Source of the DNA: Eledone cirrhosa
Taxonomy: Eukaryota
Assembly: GCA_964016885.1 (NCBI GenBank)
Contig: OZ024741.1
Span: 314,216,001 to 314,280,000, forward strand
Direction: 5' to 3'
DNA: 64,000 nucleotides
Shown here: piece by piece, positions 47,701-62,300 of the stretch
Position numbering within the stretch: position 1 is the first letter of the stretch
Layout: each line of letters begins with the position of its first letter
Position numbers and translations under genes: made by a program
Notes under the pieces: model-generated
What the model was told of the DNA's origin: nothing
Databases searched by the model: none
The model's input: only the letters and a program-made list of their open reading frames with translations

Positions 47701-50300
47701 TTATTTGGGGGCGGGGGTCCGTTTTTTGGGGCGGTATTCCCGTTTTGTTTGGGGTGTCCGTTTTTTGTTTGGGGGCGATCCTTTTTTTATTTAGGAGGAT
47801 AGGTTTTTTTATTTTGAGGATATGCGTTTTATATTTGGGGGATCTTTTTTTAAATTTTGTGGTCCGTTTTAATATTTGGGCTCCGTTTTTTATTCGGAGA
47901 TATTAGTTTTTTAATTTGAGGGTATTTGTCCTTATTTGGGGGAGGGGGTCCGTTTCTTGTATGTGGGTCCATTTTTTATTTGGGGGTTCCGTTTTTTATT
48001 TGGGCGGGACCCGGTTTTTCTTTGGGTGTCCGTTTTTATATTTGGGTCGGATATGATTTATTTAGTTGTGGGTATCTTTTTTTTTCTTAGGGCGCGGTCC
48101 GTTTTTTATTTGGGTGCATCCGTTTTTCATTTGGAGTGGATCCGTTTTTAATTTGTGTATTCGTTTTTTTCTTTGGCGGTCTGTTCCTTTATTTGGGGGT
48201 CATCCTTATTTTGTTTCGAGTGGACCCATTTTTCATTTGGGGATCCGTTTTTTATTTGGTGGGGTCCGTTTTTTATTTGCGGCGGGTCCGTTTTTTATTT
48301 GCGGGTTCATTTTTTGTTTGGGGGATTTGTTTTTTTTTTGAACGGATCCGTTTTTTATTTGGAGGGATACATATTGTATTTGGGCGGGTCCCTTTTTTTA
48401 TTTGAGGGATGTGTTTTTTATTTGGGGTGTCCGTTTTTTATATGGGGTGCGCTTTTTATTTGGGGGGATACGTTTGTGTTTGGGCGATCCGTTTTTTATT
48501 TGGGGGGGATACGTATTCTTTTGGGGCGGGACCCATTTTTTAATTGGGGATCCGTTTTTTATTTGGATAGATCCGTTTTTTATTTGGTTGGATCCGTTTT
48601 TTTATTTGGGGGTCACGATTTTGTTTGTGGTTCGATTTTTTATTGGGGGGGACGTCCGTTTTTTGTTTGTGCGTCGGTTTTTTATTGGGGCGGTCCATTT
48701 TTTATTTGCGCGGTACTTTTTTATTATTTGGTGGTCCGTTTTTTATTTGGGAGTATCCGTTTTTTATTATGAGGGCATACGTTTTTTATTTGATGGGGTC
48801 CGTTATTTATTTAGGGGGATACATATTTTATTTAGTGGTCCGTCTTTTATTTGAGCTGTACCTGTTTTTTATTTGGCGGTCCGTATTTATTTGGGGGTAT
48901 CCCTTTTTTTAATTTTGGGGTTCCGTTTTTTATTCGGTGGTGATGCGTTTTTTATTTTGAAGGGATACGTTTTTTATTTGGGGAAACGATTTTTATTTTT
49001 GGGGTGTGTTTTTTTATTTTGGCGGTCTGTTTTTTATTCATTGAGGATCCGTTTTTTATTTTGAGGGGACACTTTTTTATTTGGGGGGTCCTTCTGTTGT
49101 TTGGGGGCCCCGTTTTTATTTGGGGGTGGGTCCGTTCTTTGTTTGTGGGTCCGTTTATTATTGGGGCCGTCCATTTTTTATTTGTGCGGTGCCTGTTTAT
49201 TATTTGGCGGTCCATTTTTTAGTTGGGAGTATCCGTTTTTTATTATGAGGGGATACGTTTATTATTTGATGGGGTCCGTTATTTATTTGGGGGATACATA
49301 TTTTATTTAGGGGTCCATTTTTTATTTGAGCGGTACCTGTTTATTATTTGGCGGTCCGTATTTTATTTGTGGGTATCCGTTTTTTATTTGGGGGATCGTT
49401 TTTTATTTTTGGGGCCGGTTTTTTTATTTTGGGTTTCCGTCTTTTATTCGGTGAGGATCAGTTTTTTAACTTGAGGGGACTCTTTATTATTTGGTGGTGT
49501 CCTTTTTTGTTTGCGGGCCCGGTTTTTATTTTGGGCGGTCCGTTTTTTATTTGGGGCCACCCGTTTTTTATTTAGGGGGTCCGTTGTTTCTATAGGGGTC
49601 GGTGTTTTTATTTGTGAGTATCCGTATTTTCTGGGGGGGGGTTCCATTTTTTATTTGGGGGGGATCCGTTTTTTATTTGGGGTGTTACGTTTTTGTTTGG
49701 GGTGTCCGTTTTTTGTTTGGGGGCGATCCCTTTTTTATTTAGGAGGATACGTTTTTTATTTTGAGGATATTCGTTTTATATTTGGGGGATCTTTTTTTAT
49801 TCTTTGTGGTCCGTTTTTAATATTTGGGCTCCGTTTTTTATTCGGGGATATTAGTTTTTTAATTTGAGGGTATCTGTTCTTGTTGGGGGAGTGTCCTTTT
49901 TTGTATGTGGGTCCATATTTTATTTGGCGGTTCCATTTTTTATTTGGGCGGGACCCGTTTTTTCTTTGGATGTCCGTTTTTTTATTTGGGGTGCATCCGT
50001 TTTTCATTTGGAGTGGATCCGTTTTTTATTTGTGTGTACGTTTTTTTCTTTGGTGGTCTGTTTCTTTATTTGGGGGTCATCCGTATTTTATTTCGAGTGG
50101 ACCCGTATTTTATTTGGGGATCCGTTTTTTATTTGGTGGGGTCCGTTTTTTATTTGCGGCGGTTCTGTTTTTTATTTGCGGGGTCCATTTTTTGTTTGTG
50201 GGATTCGTTTTTTATTTTGAACGGATCCGTTTTTATTTGGGGGGATACATATTGTATTTGGGTGGGACCCGTTTTTTATTTGGGGGATTCATTTTTTATT
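44800..50300 (+). repeat. Higher-order repeat block, ~1.94 kb unit, about three copies (repeated again at ~59000-64000)
   Basis: GTGAGTATCC at 45728/47665/49614 (spacing 1937, 1949) and GATATTAGTTTTTTAATTTGAGGGTAT at ~45962/47899/49847. Confidence 0.85.
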
Positions 50301-53300
50301 TGGGTGATCCGTTTTTTATTTGAGGGTATCCGTTTTTTATTTTGGGGTCCGTTTTTTTTATTTTGAGGGATCTGTATTTTATTTGGTGGATCCGTTTTTT
50401 ATTTGCAGGGCATCCGTTTTTATTTGAGGGGTCCTTTTTTATTTGGGGAATCGGTTTTTTATTTGGAGGTGTCTGTTTTTTTTATTTTGGGGGGCCGTAT
50501 TTTATTCGAGGGGGATTTATTTTTTTATTTTTAAGGGCTCCGTTTTTTATATCGGTGGTTCCCTTTTTTATTAGGAGCGGGTCCGCTTTTTATTTGGGCG
50601 GGAACCGTTTTTTATTTTGAGGTCCGTTAATTTTGTTTGGGAGGTCCGTTTAGTCTTTGGGGGTCGTTTTTTTTATTTTCGGGGGCATCCGTTTTTATTT
50701 GGAGGGGATCCGTTTTTTATTTGGGGGATACGTTTTTTATTTGGGCCGCACCCGTTTTTTCTTTGGGTGTCCGTTTTTTATTTGGGGGGATCCGTTTTTA
50801 TTTATTTGTGGGTATCTGTTTTTTCTTGGGGGGGGGGGGGAGTCCCTTTTTTATTTGGCTGCATCCGCTTTTCATTTGGAGTGGATCCGTTTTTTATTTG
50901 TGTGTCCGTTTTTTTATTTCGAGTGGATCCGTTTTTCATTTCGAGGGGATCCGTTTTTTATTTGCGGTATCGTTTTTTTTGGGGGGGGGTCCGTTTTCTC
51001 ATTTTGGGGGCTCCGTTTTTATTTGGGGAAGACCCATTTTTCATTTTGAGGAGATCCGTTTAATATTTTGCTGATCCCTTTTTTATTTTTGTGGTTCGTT
51101 TTTAATATTTGGGCTCCGTTTTTATTCGGATGGTATCCGTTTTTTATTTTGAGGGGATCCCTTTTTATATTGGGGGTTTTGTTTTATTGTTTGGGGGTGG
51201 TCCATCTTTTATCTTGCGAGATACGTTTTTCATTTGGAGGGGATCCGTTTTATATTTGTGGGGTCCGTTTTTTATTTGGGTGTTCCGTTTATTATTTGGG
51301 CGGGAGCTGTCTTTTATTTGGGGGTTCGTTTTTTATTTGGGGGGATCCGTTTTTCATTTGGAAGGGATCCGTATTCTATTGGGGTGGGGCCTGTTTTTTA
51401 TTTGGGGGTCCGTTTTTTCCTTGGAGGGATCCGTTTTTTATTTGGGAGGGACCCATCTTTTATTTGGGGTCCGATTTTTTGGGGGGCTCCATTTGTTATA
51501 TGGGGGGCATTCATTTATATTTCAAGGGGATCCCTTTTTAGATGGAGTTTCCGTTTTTCATTTGGAGGGGTCCATCTGTTATCTGGCGGGATACGTTTTT
51601 CATTTGGAGGGGATCCGTTTCATGTTTGTGGGGCCCGATTTTATTTGGGTGTTTCGTTTATTATTTGGGCGGGACCCGTCTTTTATTTGGGGTCCGTTTT
51701 TTATTTGGGGCGTTCCAATTTTTATTTGGGGATCAGTTTTTATTTGGGTGGGACCCGTTTTTTATTTTGGGGATCCGTTTTTTATTTGGGGGATCCGTCT
51801 TTTATTTGGGATATCCGTTTGTGATTTGGGGGATTCATTTTTTTAGTTTGAGGGGATACGTTTTTGTTTGGGGTGTCCATTTTTTATTTTTGGGGATCTC
51901 TTTTTTATTTGGGGGATCGGTTTTTTTATTTTGAGGGGATCCGTTTTTTATTTGGGGTATCGTTTTTTTTGGGGGGGGGCGTTTTTTATTCTTGGGGGGC
52001 TCCGTTTTTATTTGGGGCGGATCCATATTTTATTTGAGGGATCGGTTTTTCATTTGGTTGTCCGTTTTTTATTTGGGGCGTTCCAATTTTTATTTGGAGG
52101 TTCAGTTTTTTATTTGGGTCGGACCCGTTTTTTATTTTGGGGATCCGTTTGTTTTTTGGGGGATCCGTTTTTATTTGGGATGTCCGTTTTTTATTTGGGG
52201 GATTCAGTTTTTTTATTTGGGGGATACGTTTTTGTTTGGGGTGTCCATTTCTTGTTTTGGTGATCCGATTTTTATTTGGGAGATCGGCTTTTTATTTTGA
52301 GGGGATCCGTTTTTATTTGGGCGGATCCATTTTTTATTTGAGGGATCGGTTTTTGAGGGGTCCGACTTTTATTTGGGGCGAAACGTTTTGATTTGGGGGA
52401 TCCGTTTTTTCTTGGGGGGCGGATACGTATTCTTTTTGGTCGGGATCTGTTTTTTATTTGGAGTTCGGTTTTTTATGTTGAGGGATCCGTTTTTTATTTC
52501 GGGTATTGTTTTTTACTTTTTGGGTCCGTTTTTTATTTGGGGTGTCAGTTTTTTATTTGTTTGTAACCATTTTTATTTGGGAGAATCCGTTTTTCATTTT
52601 GATAGGATCCGTTTTATATTTGAGGGATTCCTTTTTGGGTCCGATTTTGTTCGGGGGTATTCGTTTTTTGTTTTGAGGGAATCCATTTTTTATATTGCAG
52701 GGTTCCGTTTTTTTGTTTGGGGTCCGTTTTTTATTTGGGGTTATCCATATTTTCTTGTGGGATCCGTTTTTATTTGGGTGGATCCGTTTTTATTTTGGGG
52801 TTCCTTTCTATTTAGGGGGTTCGTTTTTTGTTGGGGTACCAGTTTTTTTATTTGGGTGCCCGTTTCTTATTTGCGGAGGATCCGTTTTTTGGGGGGGGAG
52901 ATCCTGTTTCTTATTTGGGGCTCCGTTCTTTATTTGGGGTGTCTGTTATTTATTTGGGGAATCCGTTTTTATTTGGGGGTTCCGTTTTTCATTTGGAGGT
53001 GGTTCATTTTTTTATCTGGCGGAATACGTTTTCATTTGGAGGGGTGCCGTTCTTTATTTGGGGCTCCATTTTTTATTTGGGGGGTCGATTTTTTATTTGG
53101 GGGTTCCGTTATTTATTTGGGGCATAGGGTCTTTTTTTGGGGGGATACGTTTTTGTTTGGGGGGATGCCTTTTTTTTATTTGGGGGAATCGGATTTTATT
53201 TTGAGGGGATCCGTTTTTTATTTGGGTGATCTTTTTTACTTTTGGGGTCGTTTTTTTATTTTGGGGTCTGTTTTATATTGGGGGGAGATCCGCTTATTAT

Positions 53301-56300
53301 TTTCAGTGGATACGTTTTTTATTGGGGGATCGTTATTTATTTTTGGGGTCCGTTTTTCAATTTAGGGGGCCATTTTTTACTTGGGTGGACCATTTTTTGT
53401 TTAGGGGTACGTTATTTATTGGGGCGGTCAATTTTTGTTTAGCGGTCCGGTTTTTTATTTTGAGGTATCCGTTTTTTATTTGGAGGGATCAGTTTTTATT
53501 TGGGTGTATCCGATTTTTATTTGGGGATCCGTTTTTTATTTGTGGGGATATGTTTTCTATTTTGAAGGGATCCGTTTATATTTTGGGTTTCGTTTTTTTT
53601 GGGGGGGGGGGCGTTTTTATTTTGGGGAGCTCCGTTTTTATTTGGGGCGGATCCATTTTTTATTTGAGGGATCTGTTTTTTATTTGGATGTCCGTTTTTT
53701 ATTTGGGGCATTCCAAATTTTATTTGGGGGAGGAATTTTTTTATTTGGGTCGAACCCGTTTTTATTTTGGGGATCCGTTTTTTATTTTGGGTGGTCCGTT
53801 TTTTATTTGGGATGTCCGTTTTTTATTTGGGGGATTCAGTTTTTTATTTGGGGGATACGTTTCTGTTTGGGGTGTCCATTTCTTGTTTTTGGGGATCTGA
53901 TTTTTATTTGGGGGGATCGGCTGTTTATATTGAGGGGGTCCGTTTTTTATTTGGGGTATCGTTATTCGCGGGGGGCGGCCGTTTTCTATTTTGGCTGGAT
54001 CCGTTTTTATTTTGGGCGGATCCATTTTTTATTTGAGGGATCGGATTTTTATTTGGGGGGTCCGACTTTTATTTGGGGCGTCCGCTTTTTATTTGGGGGG
54101 ATCGGTTTTTTATGTTGAGGAATCCGTTCTTTATTTCGGGTATTGTTTTTTTTATTTTTGGGGACCGTTTTTTATACTTTGGGATCCATTTTCTTTATTC
54201 GGGGGAGATCCGTTTTTTTTTATTAAGAGGGGATACGTTTTTTGTTTAAGTGGGTCCGTTTTTTTATTTTGGGTGGGAGTCAGTTTTTTATTTGGGGATC
54301 GATTTTTTATTTGGGTGGTCCGTTTTGTATTTTAGGGGATACATTTTTGTCTGGGGTGTCAGTTTTTTGTTTGTTTGTATCCATTTTTATTTGGGAGAAT
54401 CCGTTTTTCATTATGAGAGGATCCGTTTTATACTTGAGGGATTCCTTTCTTATTTTTGCGGTCCGTTTCTAATATTTTGGCTCCGTTTTTATTCGGGCGT
54501 ATTCGTTTTTTATTTTGCGGGGATCCGTTTTTTTATATTGGAGGGTTCCGTTTTTTTCTTTGGGGTTATCTATATTTTCTTGTGGGGTCCGTTTTTGTTT
54601 GGGTGTCCGTTTTTTATTTGGGTGCCCGTTTTTTATTTGCGGAGGATCCGTTTTTTGGGGGGAGGTCCCTTTTTTTCTTTGGGGATCCGTTTTTTTATTT
54701 GGAAGGCATCCGTTTTTTTATTTCAATAGGATCGTTTTTTATTTGGAGGGGATCCGTATTCTATTGGTGTGGGGCCCGTTTTTTATTTGAGGGTCCTTTT
54801 TTTATTTGGGGGGTCCGTTATTTATTTGGGGAATCCGTTTTTATTTGGGGGTTCCGTTTTTCATTTGGACGGGGCTCATATTTTATCTGGCGGGATCCTT
54901 TTTTCATTTGGTGGTGATCCGTGTTTTATTTGGGGCTCCGTTTTTTATTTGAGGGATCGATTTTTTATTTGGGGGCGTCCGTTATTTATTTGGGGCATCG
55001 GGTCTTTTATTTGGGGGGGATACGTTTTTGTTTGGAGGGATCCACTTATTTTCATTTGGGGGGATCGGATTTTATTTTTGGGGTCGTTTTTTTTTTATTT
55101 TGGGGGTCTGTTTTAAATTCGGGGGAGATCCGCTTATTGTTTTCAGAGGATTCGTTTTTTATTGGGGGAGTCGTTGTTTATTTTTGGCGTCCGCTTTTCA
55201 TTTTAGGTGTCCATTTTTTATGTGGGGGGTGGTCCGTTTTTTTATTTAGGGGACCGTTTTTTATTGAGGTGGTCTTTTTTTATTTGTCGGTCCGGTTTTT
55301 TATTTTGAGGTATCCGTTTTTTATTTGGAGGGATCAGGTTTTTATTTGGGGGCATCCAATTTTTATTTGGAGGAGTTCAATTTTTGTTTGGGGATCCGTT
55401 TTTTATTTGAGGGGATACGTTTTCTATTTTGAAGGGATCTGTTTTTTATTTGGGTGTTCCGTTTATTATTTGGGCGGGACCCGTCTTTTTGGGGGGTCCG
55501 TTTTTTTATTTGGAGCGTTCCAATTTTTATTTGGGTATCAGTTTTTTATTTGGGTGGGACCCGTTTTTCATTTTGGGGATCCGTTTTTTATTTGGGGGAT
55601 CCGTTTTTCATTTTGGATGATCGTTTTTTATTTGGGGGATTCAGTTTTTTATTTGGGGGGATACGTTTTTGTTTGGGGTGTCCATTTTTTGTTTTTTGGA
55701 GATCCCTTTTTTTATTTGGGGGATGGGTTTTATATTTTGAGGGGATCCGTTTTTTATTTGGGGGATCGTTTTTGATTTTTGGTGTATCCGTTTATTTTTT
55801 GGTCAGTCTGTTTTTTATTGGGGATCCGTTTTTTATTTGTGGAGTCCGTTTTTTATTGAGCGGTCCGTTTCTCGTTGGTTGTCCGTTTTTTTATTCGCGG
55901 AGAATCCGTTTTTATTTGGGGCGGGTCCATTTTTTATTTCGGGGATCGGTTTTTTATTTGGTTGGATCCGTTTTTCATTCGGAGGGGATGGTTTTTTTAT
56001 TTGGGGGGATACGTTTCTGTTTGGGCATCCGTTTTTGGTGTGGGGTATCCATTTTTATTTGGGAGGATCCGTTTTTCATTTTTAGGAGATCCCTTTTATA
56101 CTTGGCTGATCCCTTTTTTGGGGGGGTCCGTTTTTAATATTTGGGCTCCGTTTTTATTCGGATCGTATCCGTTTTTTAATTTGAGGGGAACCCATTTTTA
56201 TATTGGGGGGTCACGTTTTTTGGTTTGGGTGTTCGTTTTTTATTTGGGGGTTATCCATATTTTCTTGGTGGGTCCGTTTTTTATTTGGGGGGATCCCTTT

Positions 56301-59300
56301 TTTCATTTGGCGGGGATCCGTATTCTATTGGAGTGGGCCTGTTTTTTATTTCGGGGTCCGTTTTTTATTTGGGCGGGACCCATTTTTTGTTTGGGCGTCC
56401 GATATTTTGGGGGGTCCATTTTTTATATCGGGGGCATTCTTTTATATTTAAAGGAGATCCGTTTTTAGATGGGGTTTCCGTTTTTCATTTGGAGGGGGTC
56501 CGTTTAATATTTGTGCGGACCGTTTTTTATTCGGGGCGTCCTTTTTTTTATTGGGGTGGTCCGTTTTTTTATTTGGACGGGACCCATTTATTATTTGTGT
56601 GTCCGTTTTTTTGGGGGGGGGTCCATTTATTTATTTGGGGGAATCCGTTTTTATTTGGGTGTTCCGATTTGGGTGTCAATTTTTTATTTGGGAGGAATCC
56701 GTTTCTTATTTGGGTGTCCGTTTTTTTATTTGCAGGGCATCCGTTTTTTTATTTGGGCGCGACCCGTTTTTTCTTTGGGGTACCGTTTCTATTTGGGGGA
56801 TCAGATTTTTATTTGGTGGGTTCTGTTTTTTATTTGGGGACCATCCGTTTTTTATTTGGAGGGATCCGTTTTTTATATGAAGGGTCCTTTTTATTTGGGG
56901 AATTTGTTTTTTATTTGGGGGTTCCATTTTTTATTTGGGGGGAACCGTTTTTTATTTGGTGTGTTACGCTTTATTTGGGGTGTCCCTGTTTTGTTTGGGG
57001 GCGATCCTTTTTTTATTTGGAGGGATCCGTATTCTATTGGAGTGGGGCCCGTTTTTTATTTGGCGGTCCGTTTTTTATTTGGAGGGATCCATTTTTTATT
57101 GGCGCGGGACCCATTTTTTATTTGGGTGTCCGTTTTTTGGTGGATCCATTTTATTATTTGAGGGAATCCGTTTTTATTGGAGGTTCCGTTTTTCATTTGG
57201 AGGGGGTTCATATTTCATCTGGCGGGATACGTTTTTCATTTGGAGGGGATCCGTGTTTTATTTGTGGGGTCCGTTTTTTATTCGCGGGGAATCCATCTTT
57301 TATTTGGGGCTCCATTTTTTATTTGGGGATCGATTTTTTATTTGGGGGTCCGTTATTTATTTGGGGCATCGGGTCTTTTATTTGGGGGGATACGTTTTTG
57401 TTTGGGGTGATCCATTTTTTTTAATTGCAGGGCATTCGTTTTTTATTTGGGGGATCAGTTTTTTATTTGGAGGGATCTGTTTTTTATTTGGGGAGCATCC
57501 GCTTTTTATTTGGAGGGAACCGTTTTTTATTTGAGGGGTACTTTTTTATTTAGGGAATCGGTTTTTTTATTTGGGGGTCCGTTTTTTATTCGAGGGGGAT
57601 TTGTTTTTTTATTTTGAAGGGATCCGTTATTCATTTGGGTGAGGTGTCCAATTTTTATTTGGGGGGGGGATCCGCTTTGGGTGTTACGATTTTGTTGGGG
57701 GTGTCCGTGTTTTGTTTGGGGGCGATACGTTTTTTTATTTTGAGGGGGATCCGTTTTATATTTGAGGGATCTTTTTTTAATTTTTTATTCGGCGATATTA
57801 GTTTTTTATTTTGGGGGTATCGGTTCTTATTTGGGGGGTTCCTTTTTTTTGTGTGTTGGTCCATTTTTTATTTGTGTGTCTGTTTTTTTTCTTTCGTGGT
57901 CTGTTTCTTTATTTGGGGGTCATCCGTTTTTTATTTCGAGTGGAACCGTTTTTTATTTGGGTATCCGTTTTTATATGGGGGGATACATATTGTATTTGGG
58001 CGGGACCCGTTTTTTATTTGGGGCTCCGTTGTTTTTATTTAGAGGGGTTCCGTTTTTTATTTGGGGTATCCGTTTTTAATTCGGAGGGGATCCGTTTTTG
58101 TTTGGGGTATCCGTTTTTAATTCGGAGGGGATCGGTTTTTTATTCGGGGGGTCTGTTTTTTATTTGAGGGATCGGGTTTTTATTGAGGGGGGGGGTCCGT
58201 TTTATATTTTTGGTGTTCGTTTTTTCTTCGAGGGAGATCCGTTTTTTTTTTTCATTTTGAGGGGCTACGTTTTTTTATATGGGGGGACCGTTTTTTATTT
58301 GGGGATCCGTTTTTTATTTGATGTGGTCCGTTTTTTATTTGGGGGATCGATATTTTATTTGGGGTGGTTCGTTTTTATTTGGGGGGATAATTTTTGTATG
58401 GGGTGTCCGTTTTTAGTTTGTTTGTATCCATTTTTATTTGGGAGGATCCATTTTCCGTTTTGAGGGGATCCGTTTTAATTTGGGGGATTCCTTTTTTATT
58501 TTGGGTGTCCATTTTTAATATTTTGGCTCCGTTTTTATTTGGGGGGTCTCTGTTTTTTAGTTTGAGGGGATTCCTTTTATATATTGGGGTGTTCCTTTTT
58601 TTGTTTGGGGTCCGTTTTTTATTTGCGGAGGATCCATTTTTTATTTGGGCGGGACCCATTTTTTATTTGGGTGTCCGTTTTTTTGTGGGGGGGGGTCTAT
58701 TTTTTTTATTTGGGTGAAATCCATTTTTAATTGGAAGTTCCCTTTTTCATTTGGAGGGGGTTCATTTTTTATCTGGCGGGATACGTTTATCATTTGGAGG
58801 GGATCCGTTTTTAATTTGTGGGGACCGTTTTTTATTGGGGTGGTCCGTTTTTTATTCGCGGAGGATCCACTTTTATTCGGGCATCCGTTTTTTATTTGGT
58901 GGATCGATTTTTTATTTGGGGCATCAGGCTTTTTATTTGGGAGAAACGTTTTTGTTTGGCGTAATCCATTTTTTTTTATTTGGGGGGATCGGTTTTTATT
59001 TTGACGGGATCCGTTTTTCATTTGGGTTATCGTTTTTTATTTGGGAGTATCCGTTTTTTATTATGAGTGGTTACGTTTTTTATTTGATGGGGTTCGTTAT
59101 TTATTTGGGGGGGATACATATTTTATTTAGGGGACCGTTTTTTATTTGAGGGGCACCTGCTTTTTATTTGGCGGTCCGTATTTTATTTGGGGATATCCGT
59201 TTTTAATTTGGGGTTTCGTTTTTTACTTTAGGGTCCGTTTTTTTTTACTTTTGGGTTCCGTTTTTTATTCGGTGGTGATGCGTTTTTTTATTTGGGGAAA

Positions 59301-62300
59301 AGTTTTTTCATTTTTGGGGGTCCGTTTTTTATTCGTTGGGGAATCGTTTTTTATTTTGAGGGGACACTTTTTGGGATGGGGCGTCCATTTTTTGTTTGGC
59401 GGTCCGGTTTTTATTTGTTTGTGGGTCCGTTTTTTATTGGGGCGGTCCATTTTTTATTTGTGCGGTACCTGTTTATTATTTGGGCGGTCCGGTTTTATTT
59501 GGGAGTATCCGTTTTTTATTATATGGGGATACGTTTTTTTATTTGATGGGGTCCGTTATTTATTTGGGGGGATACATATTTTATTTAGGGTCCCTTTTTT
59601 ATTTGTGCGGTACCTGTTTTTTATTTGGCGGTCCGTATTTTATTTGTGGGTATCCGTTTTTTATTTGGGGGATCGTTTTTTATTTTGGGGTCCGTTTTTT
59701 TTATTTTGGGGTTCCGTTTTTTATTCGGTGAGGATCCTTTTTTTATTTTGAGGGGACACTTTTTGATTTGGGGTGTCCTTTTTTGTTTGGGGGCTCGGTT
59801 TTCATTTGGGGCGGTCCGGTTTTTTATTTGGGGCGACCCGTTTTATATTTGGGGGATCCGTTGTTTCTATAGGGGTCGGTGTTTTTATTTGTGAGTATCC
59901 GGGTTTTTTTGGGGGGTGTCCATTTTTTATTGGGGGGGGGGGCGTTTTTATTTTGGGTATTCCCGTTTTGTTTGGGGTGTGCGTTTTTTGTTTGGGGGTG
60001 ATCCATTTTTATTTAGGAGGATACGTCTTTTTATTTTGAGGATATGCGTTTTATATTTGGGGGATCTTTCTTTAATTTTTGTGGTCCGTTTTAATATTTG
60101 GGCTCCGTTTTTTATTCGGAGATATTAGTTTTTTAATTTGAGGGTATCTGTCATTATTTGGGGGTGGGGTCCGTTTCTTGTATGTGAGTCCATTTTTTAT
60201 TTGCGGGTTCCGTTTTTTATTTGGGCGGGACCCGTTTTTTCTTTGGGTGTCGGTTTTTTTATTTTGGGGGATCCGCTTTTATTTATTTGTGGGTATCTTA
60301 TTTTTTCTTGGGGCGGGTCTGTTTTTTATTTGGGTGCATCCGTTTTTTCATTTGGAGTGGATCCGATTTTTATTTGTGTATCTGTTTTTTCTTTGGTGGT
60401 CTGTGCCTTTATTTGGGGGTCATCCTTATTTTATTTCGAGTGGACCCGTTTTTTATTTGGGGATCCTTTTTTTATTTGGTGGGGTCCGTTTTTTATGTGA
60501 AGGCGGGTCCGTTTTATATTTGCGGGGTTAACTTTTTGTTTGGGGGGACTCGTTTTTTATTTTGAATGGATCCGTTTTTTATTTGGAAGGATACATATTG
60601 TATTTGGGCGGGACCCGTTTTTTATTTTGGGGATGTGTTTTTTATTTGGGGTGTTCGTTTTTCATTTGGGGTGCGCTTTTTATTTGGAGGTTACGTTTTT
60701 GTTCGGGCGATCCGTCTTTTATTTTGGGGATCGTTTTTTACTTTTGGGATCGGTTTTTTAAATTTTGGGGTTCCGCTTTTTATTCGGTGGTGGTGCGTTT
60801 TTTTATTTTGAAGGGATACGTTTTTTAGTTGGGAAACAATTTTTATTTTTGGGGTGTTTTTTTATTTTGGGGGTCTGCTTTTTATTCATTGAGGATCGTT
60901 TTTTTTATTTTGAGGGGACACTTTTTTATTTGGGGGGGGGGGGTCCTTTTTTGTTTGGGGGCCCCGTTTTTATTAGGGGGTGGGTCCGTTCTTTGTTTGT
61001 TGGTCCGTTTTTTATTGGGGCGGTCCAATATTTATTTGTGCGGTACCTGTTTATTATTTGGCGGTCCATTTTTTATTTGGGAGTATCCGTTTTTTATTAT
61101 GAGGGGATACGTTTTTTATTTGATGGGGTCCGTTATTTATTTGGGGGGATACATTTTTATTTAGGGGACCGTTTTTTATTTGAGGGGAACCTGTTTTTTA
61201 TTTGGCGGTCCGTATTTTATTTGGGAGTATCCGTTTTTAATTTGGGGGATCGTTTTTTACTTTAGGGGTCCGTTTTTTTATTATGGGGTTCCGTTTTGTA
61301 TTCGGTGGTGATCCGTTTTTTTATTTTGAAGGGATACGTTTTTTATTTTGGGAAACGCTTTTTATTTTTGGGGTGTGTTTTTTATTTTGGGTGACCGTTT
61401 TTTATTCGTTGGGGAACCGTTTTATTTTGAGGGGACACTTTTGGGGGGGGTCCATTTTTTGTTTGGGGGCCCGGTTTTTATATGGCGGTGGGTCCGTCTT
61501 GGTTTGTGGGTCCGTTTTTTATTGGGGCGGTCCATTTATTATTTGTGCGGTACCTGTTTATTATTTGGGCGGTCCGGTTTTATTTGGGAGTATCCGTTTT
61601 TTATTATGAGGGGACACGTTTTTTATTTGATGGGTCCGTTATTTATTTGGGTGGATACTTTTTTTATTTAGGGGTCCGTTTTTTATTTGAGCGGTACCTG
61701 TTTTTTATTTGGCGGTCAGTATTATAATTGTGGGTATCCGTTTTTTATTTGGGTGATCGTTTATAAATTTTGGGGGTCCGTTTTTTTTATTTTGGGGTGT
61801 CCGTTTTTTATTCGGAGAGGATCCTTTTTTTATTTTGAGGGGACACTTTTTTATTTGGGGTGTCCTTTTTTTGTTTGCGGGCCCGGTTTTCATTTGGGGC
61901 GGTCCGTTTTTTATTTGGGGCGACCCGTTTTATATTTGGGGGATCCGTTGTTTCTATAGGGCTCGGTGTTTTTATTTGTGAGTATCCGGGGTTTTTTTGG
62001 TGGAGTGTCCATTTTTTATTTGGGGTGGGGGTCCGTTTTTATTTTGGGTATTCCCGTTTTGTTTGGGGTGTCCGTTTTTTGTTTGGGGGTGATCCTTTTT
62101 TTTATTTAGGAGGATACGTCTTTTTATTTTGAGGATATGCGTTTTATATTTGGGGATCTTTCTTTAATTTTTGTGGTCCGTTTTAATATTTGGGCTCCGT
62201 TTTTTATTCGGAGATATTTGTTTTTTAATTTGAGGGTATCTGTCCTCATCTGTGGGTGGGTGTCCGTTTCTTGTATGTGGGTCCATTTTTTATTTGGGGG

